Assembly (NCBI GenBank): GCA_944350285.1
Contig: CALVOL010000001.1
Span: 1-49,421, forward strand
DNA length: 49,421 nucleotides
Source of the DNA: an uncultured Bacilli bacterium
GTDB taxonomy: Bacteria; Bacillota_I; Bacilli_A; RF39; UBA660
Direction: 5' to 3'
The stretch's first letter is position 1. The number at the start of each line of letters is the position of its first letter. Both the position numbers and the translations under genes were made by a program. The notes under the pieces are model-generated. The model saw only the letters and a list, made by a program, of their open reading frames with translations. It ran no database searches and had not been told where the DNA came from. Of this stretch, positions 43,503 to 49,421 are shown one piece after another.

Positions 43503-46129
43503 ATCGTATTTAAAAATGTCCGTAATATCAAGATGGCATCGACCATTTCCATTTTGCCATTGCCATTCATATCATAAACTTCTAACAAATCTTCTCCTTG
43601 TCCATAAGTTCCAATAAAATACCGTAACCCAAAAATGAAATCAATAATCTCTATTTTTCCATTATGATTCATATCACCTTTTAAAACATTGGAAACAGTC
43701 ACTGTCGCCCTAACAGTTTGACTACCATATTTTCCTGTAATTATCGTTGTTCCAAGTTGTTTTCCAGTAATCACACCATTTTCATCAATAGTTGCAATTG
43801 AACTATCTAAACTTTTCCAAGTAATTAACGAAGGCATAATATAAGTATCTGGATTTGTCTTTAAAGAAGCTGTGGCAGTACCATTTAAACTTACAGTATA
43901 AGCATCTTTCTCCATCGCTACAGTATATTCTCCTGAAGCATAAATTGTATAATTTTTGGTAATCACTCCATCATAAATTCCTTTACCCCGAATTGTCATG
44001 GTCACAAGGCCTGGACCACGATAGTTATTGATAGAAGTTGTGTAATCTGTATCTTTTACTAACTCTTTTCCTTCATAAGTCACAGTCACACTAGGAACTA
44101 AAGATTGCCCAATATAAATATAATCCGGAATATCACTAACGATAGCTTTTGTAAAATCTAAAGGATTGATAGTAAACGTTAAGTCATTTAAATAAACTGT
44201 TTCATACCCAGACTTAACAATTCGAGCACCAAAAGTATAAGTTCCTGGCATCGTATATTCTCTTAATTCCGTCGTTAACCCAGAAGAAGAAGAATTTCCA
44301 TAATAAACAGTTGCCCCTTCTTCCGCAACAATGAGAGGAGACTGTACAGATCCTGTATAATCTACAACAGAATTCGTATAACTCCAATCAATCTGTGGTT
44401 CCGTAATCTCATAATATTGCTCGGTATATCCCACATAATTGCCGATTCCAGTGATATAAGCAACTCCTGTTTGATATGCACTAGTACCCTTTCTTAAAGT
44501 CACTTTAAAGTCCTTATCTTGAACTAATGTATAATCGCCATCTTTAATCACTATTTCTGGCATATTCGGCTCATCAGCATTAAACTCAGCCGAACCAATC
44601 GTAAATTCTAAATCATTAATTAGCTTAAATTCCGTTTGATCTTCCGTAATCACGCCATATGGGCAATCATTTTCAATCGCATACTGAATAGCGGTAGAAC
44701 CTTCTACTCCATAAATAGCCTGACTTACCCCACACAAATTGGTTCCTAACTCTGCATCTTTATTTTTAATCACAAGATAATGCAGATCCGTAGTAGAATC
44801 ATAGATTCCAGAACTACGACTAAATGCACTATCACCAATATAAGAAACACTCTCTGGAACAACAAATCCATCAGCAACATTCCCATAAAAAGCTCTTGCT
44901 TCTATTTTTTCTACTGTATTTGGAAACACAACTTCTTTTAAATGTTCGTTATAAGAGAAAGCAGCTTCTGCAATAGTAACTACTCCATCCTTAATGGTAT
45001 ATTCACTCGCATCTTTGCCAGATGGATAACTATAAATAACTGTTTGATCTTTATTATAAAGAACTCCATCTTCACTCGAATAATTTGGATTATCACTTTC
45101 TACAATCACATTTTTCAAAGATGGTACATGTTGAAATGCTCCAGTTTCAATGGTAGTAATTTCTTTTGGAACCGTCACATTTTCGACAACAGTATGCTCG
45201 TTAGATCCATAATAGAAAGCATAAGTTCCAAGAGTTGGAATCACTACACCAAAATCCGATGGAATTCTAACGTCTTTTTCATATCCATCATACTGAGTAA
45301 TATACAAATCCCAGGAATCAGTATAACTAGTAGAAAAACCACCAAGTAACTTAGAAATCGTCGTGGAACGTGGGGCAGGCTCGTTATACCCAGCTTCTAT
45401 CATATACATCTCACCATCTAACAATGCCGCTACATTATGATGATTACTGCCAGCTCCAGCATCACGCACAGCATTTCTTAAATGGGCTTTAATTCCTACT
45501 TTGTCGCAAAAATATAAGATAGCCTCACTTGAAGCAATACAATCGCCACCCCCACCGACAAATAACCCTGTATAATCATAATGTTCTACAGAATACTCAG
45601 TAGTAGCCATTAATTTTAAAAATTCTTGCATCTTTTCATATTCGCTCATATCATCGCTAATATGTTCAGTAATATAATCATCCATAATTTTTTCGGCCGC
45701 GATAGTTTCATAAGCAGAAGTCCGAACGAGTACCTGATAAACAGTATTTCCATTCGTTACTTCAACAATATTTTCTCCTTCGTCATAGGTGATTATTTCT
45801 TCTGCACCACTGATTGGAGCAGTAGTACAGTAAGTACTAGTACAATACATAGTAGTTCCTTTTACACTCACTACGCCATCATCGCTTACAGTAATGGTAT
45901 TACCAGAAACTAACTCGTATGTCGTATTACTACCGGCTCCAACGGTGATTTTCTTAGAAGTAGGATAATCATCAGGCAACGTTAATGCTTCTTGATAATC
46001 TTCACTCAAAAAATATAAATCAATGATCTCTGCATATTCATCGGCTGAAATAGCATTTACAAAAACTAAAGTACCAAGAAAAATGGCAAACATCATACTA
46101 AAAAATACTTTTTTCCAATGTTTTTTCAT
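43499..46129 (-). CDS. 876-aa secreted protein: transglutaminase/cysteine-protease-like core, BspA-type LRRs, Ig-like repeats, C-terminal dockerin
   Basis: It has a signal peptide. The core is GGGGDCIASSEAILYFCDKVGIKAHLRN...NHHNVAALLDGEMYMIEAGY (Cys codon at 45539-45541). The LRRs include ITTIETGAFQHVPSLKNVIV and VTIAEAAFSYNEHLKEVVFP. The C-terminal dockerin GDMNHNGKIEIID...DMNGNGKMEMVD is at 43502-43684. Confidence 0.75.
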   Translation of the reverse strand: MKKHWKKVFFSMMFAIFLGTLVFVNAISADEYAEIIDLYFLSEDYQEALTLPDDYPTSKKITVGAGSNTTYELVSGNTITVSDDGVVSVKGTTMYCTSTYCTTAPISGAEEIITYDEGENIVEVTNGNTVYQVLVRTSAYETIAAEKIMDDYITEHISDDMSEYEKMQEFLKLMATTEYSVEHYDYTGLFVGGGGDCIASSEAILYFCDKVGIKAHLRNAVRDAGAGSNHHNVAALLDGEMYMIEAGYNEPAPRSTTISKLLGGFSTSYTDSWDLYITQYDGYEKDVRIPSDFGVVIPTLGTYAFYYGSNEHTVVENVTVPKEITTIETGAFQHVPSLKNVIVESDNPNYSSEDGVLYNKDQTVIYSYPSGKDASEYTIKDGVVTIAEAAFSYNEHLKEVVFPNTVEKIEARAFYGNVADGFVVPESVSYIGDSAFSRSSGIYDSTTDLHYLVIKNKDAELGTNLCGVSQAIYGVEGSTAIQYAIENDCPYGVITEDQTEFKLINDLEFTIGSAEFNADEPNMPEIVIKDGDYTLVQDKDFKVTLRKGTSAYQTGVAYITGIGNYVGYTEQYYEITEPQIDWSYTNSVVDYTGSVQSPLIVAEEGATVYYGNSSSSGLTTELREYTMPGTYTFGARIVKSGYETVYLNDLTFTINPLDFTKAIVSDIPDYIYIGQSLVPSVTVTYEGKELVKDTDYTTSINNYRGPGLVTMTIRGKGIYDGVITKNYTIYASGEYTVAMEKDAYTVSLNGTATASLKTNPDTYIMPSLITWKSLDSSIATIDENGVITGKQLGTTIITGKYGSQTVRATVTVSNVLKGDMNHNGKIEIIDFIFGLRYFIGTYGQGEDLLEVYDMNGNGKMEMVDAILILRTFLNTI

Positions 46130-46189
46130 AAATCCTCCATTTCTTTTTTAGTAAAAAGAACCCCCTATAGAAAGGAGTTCCTTAACCAA

Positions 46190-49100
46190 TTAATTTAATT
46201 TAACTCTTTTATAAAGAGCGAAGCACACACCTAAGAATGATATCAATGCTGCTATGACATAAGAACTCACACTGGCTACTCCTGTTTCGGGAGATACAAT
46301 TTCCTCGATTGTTACATCCATCGTTGTAACAACACCATTTGATGCCGTAACTGTAATACTAGCACTACCCGCTCCAACAGCTGTCACCAGACCATTTTCA
46401 TCAACCATTAATACAGAAGAATCACTTGAAGCAAAAGTAAATGTTACATCATCTGTTGTATCACTTGGATTCTTAGTAATTTCTAATTGAAATTGATCTC
46501 CAACATTCATAGAACTAATTGGTTTGTTAATAGAAATGCTCTCTAAAGGTACTTCTTTTACTACCACTTTATAACTAGCAGTTACATTTTTAATTGTAGC
46601 AGTAATTACTGTCTCTCCTTTTTTAAGAGCTGTAACAACCCCATCTTCATTTACAGTTGCCACTTCTTCGTTACTAGAAGTCCATGTTAAATCATCAAGT
46701 TCTGTAGCATCAGTAGGATTAATTATTAATTCTTGGCTACCAGTTTTACCAATATTAATCGTTATCTCATCAGCATCAAAGAATAAATCTTGCACTTCGA
46801 TGGTTTTTACCGTTACCATAACTTCAATACTCATACCATTTTTCAAAGTTCCAGTAATCACGGTACTGCCACCCATCACTCCTGTTACTACCCCTTGTTC
46901 ATTCACTGTCGCAATTTTTTCATTTTGACTTTTCCATGTAATGGTTGTGTCTTCTGTTGTATCAAGAGGAGTAATCGTTGTTTTTAAATAAGTAGTCTGT
47001 CCTCGAATGACAGAAACGTTTTCTTCTACTGCTTCAAAGTTAGTAATAGGTACACTTACATGAACTTGTAATGTTGCAGTCACATCTTTTATTGAAGCTA
47101 TAATCGTCGCGTCTCCTGACCCAATCGCAACTACATGACCATTTTGATCTACCGTTGCTACACTTGTATCACTACTTTTCCATGTAATTGCAGTTTGATC
47201 CGTCGTATCACTTGGATTTCTCGTTGCAACAATATCAAATGTCTCTCCACGATTTAATGAAAGATTTGTAGCATTTAAGGAAATTGATTCTACAGGTACT
47301 AAAACTTCAACCGTAATTTCATCCTTGATTTCTCCAATACTTGCAGTAATTACAGAAGTTCCAGGCCCTACAGCCCTTAATACTCCATTTTGAATCGTCA
47401 CAGCATCTGGATTACTACTATTCCATACAATCTTATTTGTATCAGTCGTATCACTTGGATTTTTTGTTGCTTCTATCTTTTTTTCTTCTCCACGATTCAA
47501 AACTAAACTTTCTGACTGAATCGTAATACTTGTAAGTGGTACTACTACAGACACACTAATTTCTACACTTTTACCATTTTCTAGAGTTCCAGTAATAATA
47601 GCATTTCCACCTTTAAGCGCAACTATCTTTCCAGATTCATCGATGGTTACTACACTCGTATCACTACTTTTCCATGTAACATTCCGATCCTCTTCGGCAT
47701 CTTCCGGATAAACTAAAACACTTACTGTCGTTTCTTCTCCTTTATTCATTGCAATACTGTCTTGACTAGGATAAACAGTATCAATTGGAATTAAAACATG
47801 TACAGAAATATCTTTCGTAATAGTACCAACCTTCACATGAACTGTTGTACTTCCTGAATTTACAGCTTTAATAACTCCATTTTCTACCGTAACGATATCA
47901 GAATTATCACTACTCCAAGTTACAGTTGTATCATCCGTAGTATCACTAGGAGCAATCGTTACATCAACTTTCTTCTCTTGACCCGGAAGCATTTCTAAAG
48001 AACTATCACTTACAATAATATCTTCTAATGGCACAATAACATCCACTTTTGCTGTTACTTTCATACCATTTTCTAGTGTTCCTGTAATAGTGACACCTTT
48101 ACCACCTTTTAATCCGGTAATTTCTCCGAATGTTGAAACTGAAACAATAGACGGATCACTTGATTCCCATGTTACAGTTTTATTTTCTGTAGTATTTGTA
48201 GGAGTATAAATCACATTTAGAGTTTTCGTCTCGCCTCTCGTTAGCTCGAACTCACTACTCTCTAAAGAAACGTTTTGTAAAGATATTACAACTTCCACTT
48301 CATATGTATTTAATACTCCATTACTTGCCGTAGCCGTAATAGTAGTTTTTCCAGGAGCAACTCCTGTAACTGTTCCATGTTCATCTACGGTAGCACAATC
48401 CGGATTACTGCTGGTATATGTAATCGTTTTATCATCTGTAGTATCACTTGGACTTACAGTTGCAACATTGGTAATCTCACTACCAACATCAACTTTTTGA
48501 GTTCCTGTTTTTTCAAAATTTACTGCCGTGATTGGTGTAGTAACATTTACATCTAATGTAAACTCACTTCCATAAGCAGAAACAGTAACAGTTGTAGATC
48601 CATTTCCTACAGCCGTTAAATTTCCACTATCATCGACTGTGACTATACCCGTATCATTTGATACAAAAGAATAATTTGCATCTACGGTTGTATCGCTTGG
48701 ACTATAGCTTACTGCTATCGTTTCACTACTTCCTTTTATCATGTTATATGTTTTCTTCGCTATATCAACACTATCCAAAGGAACATTTACAAAGTATGTT
48801 CCACTTTCTGTTGAAATAAGTAAAACTTCTTGTTCCGTGCCATGAATCTTGACATAGCTTTCAGCTGGCGCTGTTAAACTAATAACATGAGATCCAGCTT
48901 TAGCATCTTCTTTGACTTTAAAAGTAATATCAATTAAAGCCCCATCATTCATAGAAATGTAAGCATCAGATCCACTGACTACATACAAATTCAAAAGACC
49001 TTCTACATCATTTCGTAAACCAGTCATCGGCCCACTGTCTAAATGAAATGAATAATCATTTTCAAATTCTAGAACACTTGTGTCATATTCAATATTCAAA

Positions 49101-49291
49101 ATAAGTGAACTGAACTCTTCAACACTTTGCCCAGAAATTGTAAATGTCACTTCTTCACCACGGACTAAATCATCATGACTACTAATCGTAAATTTAGTTT
49201 CCTCACTAGCCTGAGTACCTAGTATTGCTGTGGCAAACCCAACTACAATTAGTAATATGACTAAAATTCCCTTTTTAGGCTTTTTCACCAT
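46190..49291 (-). CDS. 1033-aa wall-anchored scaffold-like protein: N-terminal cohesin-like module, ten Big_2 domains, SPETG sortase signal
   Basis: The start is reassigned to ATG 49289-49291 (the track uses GTG 49297). It has a signal peptide. The cohesin-like segment (about 48785-49198) contains LILNIEYDTSVLEFEN...ALIDITFKVKEDAKAG. Ten units of about 83 aa each contain SPSDTTD..T.TW.SS....TV...G. The C-terminus is SPETG (46280-46294), a hydrophobic stretch, then KRVKLN. Confidence 0.75.
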   Translation of the reverse strand: MVKKPKKGILVILLIVVGFATAILGTQASEETKFTISSHDDLVRGEEVTFTISGQSVEEFSSLILNIEYDTSVLEFENDYSFHLDSGPMTGLRNDVEGLLNLYVVSGSDAYISMNDGALIDITFKVKEDAKAGSHVISLTAPAESYVKIHGTEQEVLLISTESGTYFVNVPLDSVDIAKKTYNMIKGSSETIAVSYSPSDTTVDANYSFVSNDTGIVTVDDSGNLTAVGNGSTTVTVSAYGSEFTLDVNVTTPITAVNFEKTGTQKVDVGSEITNVATVSPSDTTDDKTITYTSSNPDCATVDEHGTVTGVAPGKTTITATASNGVLNTYEVEVVISLQNVSLESSEFELTRGETKTLNVIYTPTNTTENKTVTWESSDPSIVSVSTFGEITGLKGGKGVTITGTLENGMKVTAKVDVIVPLEDIIVSDSSLEMLPGQEKKVDVTIAPSDTTDDTTVTWSSDNSDIVTVENGVIKAVNSGSTTVHVKVGTITKDISVHVLIPIDTVYPSQDSIAMNKGEETTVSVLVYPEDAEEDRNVTWKSSDTSVVTIDESGKIVALKGGNAIITGTLENGKSVEISVSVVVPLTSITIQSESLVLNRGEEKKIEATKNPSDTTDTNKIVWNSSNPDAVTIQNGVLRAVGPGTSVITASIGEIKDEITVEVLVPVESISLNATNLSLNRGETFDIVATRNPSDTTDQTAITWKSSDTSVATVDQNGHVVAIGSGDATIIASIKDVTATLQVHVSVPITNFEAVEENVSVIRGQTTYLKTTITPLDTTEDTTITWKSQNEKIATVNEQGVVTGVMGGSTVITGTLKNGMSIEVMVTVKTIEVQDLFFDADEITINIGKTGSQELIINPTDATELDDLTWTSSNEEVATVNEDGVVTALKKGETVITATIKNVTASYKVVVKEVPLESISINKPISSMNVGDQFQLEITKNPSDTTDDVTFTFASSDSSVLMVDENGLVTAVGAGSASITVTASNGVVTTMDVTIEEIVSPETGVASVSSYVIAALISFLGVCFALYKRVKLN

Positions 49292-49342
49292 ACACACTTT
49301 CCTTTCTAAACTCTATTTTATGCAAAATTAGTTATCTTGCTT

Positions 49343-49369
49343 TTTCATAAAGTATTTTACTTTATGAAA
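49343..49369. promoter_or_regulatory. perfect 12-bp-arm palindrome upstream of the surface-protein operon
   Basis: The sequence is TTTCATAAAGTA-ttt-TACTTTATGAAA, about 50-80 nt upstream of the first gene's start. No U-tract follows on either strand, so an operator or protein-binding site is more likely than a terminator. Confidence 0.3.
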
Positions 49370-49421
49370 TAAACACAAACTTCCCTTTTTTGCTACTATA
49401 ATCATAACACACTTTCCTGGA

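Noticed and set aside
46153-46183. An imperfect hairpin (AAGGAACUCC...GGGGGUUCUU plus U5) lies between the scaffold gene and the next gene. It was considered as an intra-operon terminator.
   Set aside because: The stem needs a bulge and a mismatch, and the next gene's SD follows immediately. It may attenuate transcription, but it is too weak to call, so I kept the six genes as one unit.
1330-46987. About 35 short ORFs (60-145 aa) in the supplied track lie wholly inside longer ORFs on the opposite strand or in another frame. Examples are 1330..1518, 1951..2388, 2973..3272, 20553..20909, 24033..24338, 29384..29707, 41519..41800, 44942..45349 and 45626..45913.
   Set aside because: They are shadow ORFs of well-supported genes. 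Their products are low-complexity Phe/Ile/Leu/Ser-rich strings, as expected from reading AT-rich coding DNA in the wrong frame. They lack SD sequences and show no recognisable motifs.
35376-49291. A classical cellulosome or amylosome was considered as the interpretation of the cohesin-dockerin operon.
   Set aside because: None of the six proteins shows a glycoside hydrolase, polysaccharide lyase, esterase or CBM signature. The dockerin-bearing proteins carry LRR, Ig-like and transglutaminase-like modules instead.

Overview
This is an AT-rich chromosomal segment from a low-GC, endospore-forming Firmicute (Bacillota). The exact taxon cannot be determined from the window. Almost all genes lie on the minus strand. 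The left ~30 kb is mostly core functions. In order it holds pflB-pflA followed by a degenerate RnfC/RnfD-like pair, a nucleoside deoxyribosyltransferase/HAD cluster, a K+ channel-like gene with a TVGYG filter, and an rRNA m5U methyltransferase. Then come two paralogous HTH + 32-aa-repeat proteins, a gerK-type (A-C-B) germinant-receptor operon and miaB. Next is a T-box-led gene string: rnr, thrS, three unknown ORFs, a small HD alarmone-hydrolase-like gene and serS. A mutM::HD fusion closes this part. The right ~19 kb is accessory. It holds a 1.6-kb IS66-family (ISBst12-like) element with intact ends and an 8-bp target duplication, inserted in the 3' end of an Rpn/PD-(D/E)XK nuclease gene. It also holds an XRE regulator with palindromic operators beside a large secreted protein. 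The last ~14 kb is an operon that I read as a sortase-B-anchored cohesin-dockerin surface assembly. It encodes 2 cohesin proteins and 3 dockerin-tailed giant proteins carrying LRR, Big_2 and transglutaminase-like modules, with no carbohydrate-active domains. That operon is my best candidate for the undescribed system. Two genes are broken by single-base deletions in poly-A runs, which may be assembly error. I found no rRNA, tRNA or CRISPR array. All domain calls come from reading motifs by eye, and none has been verified by a database search.
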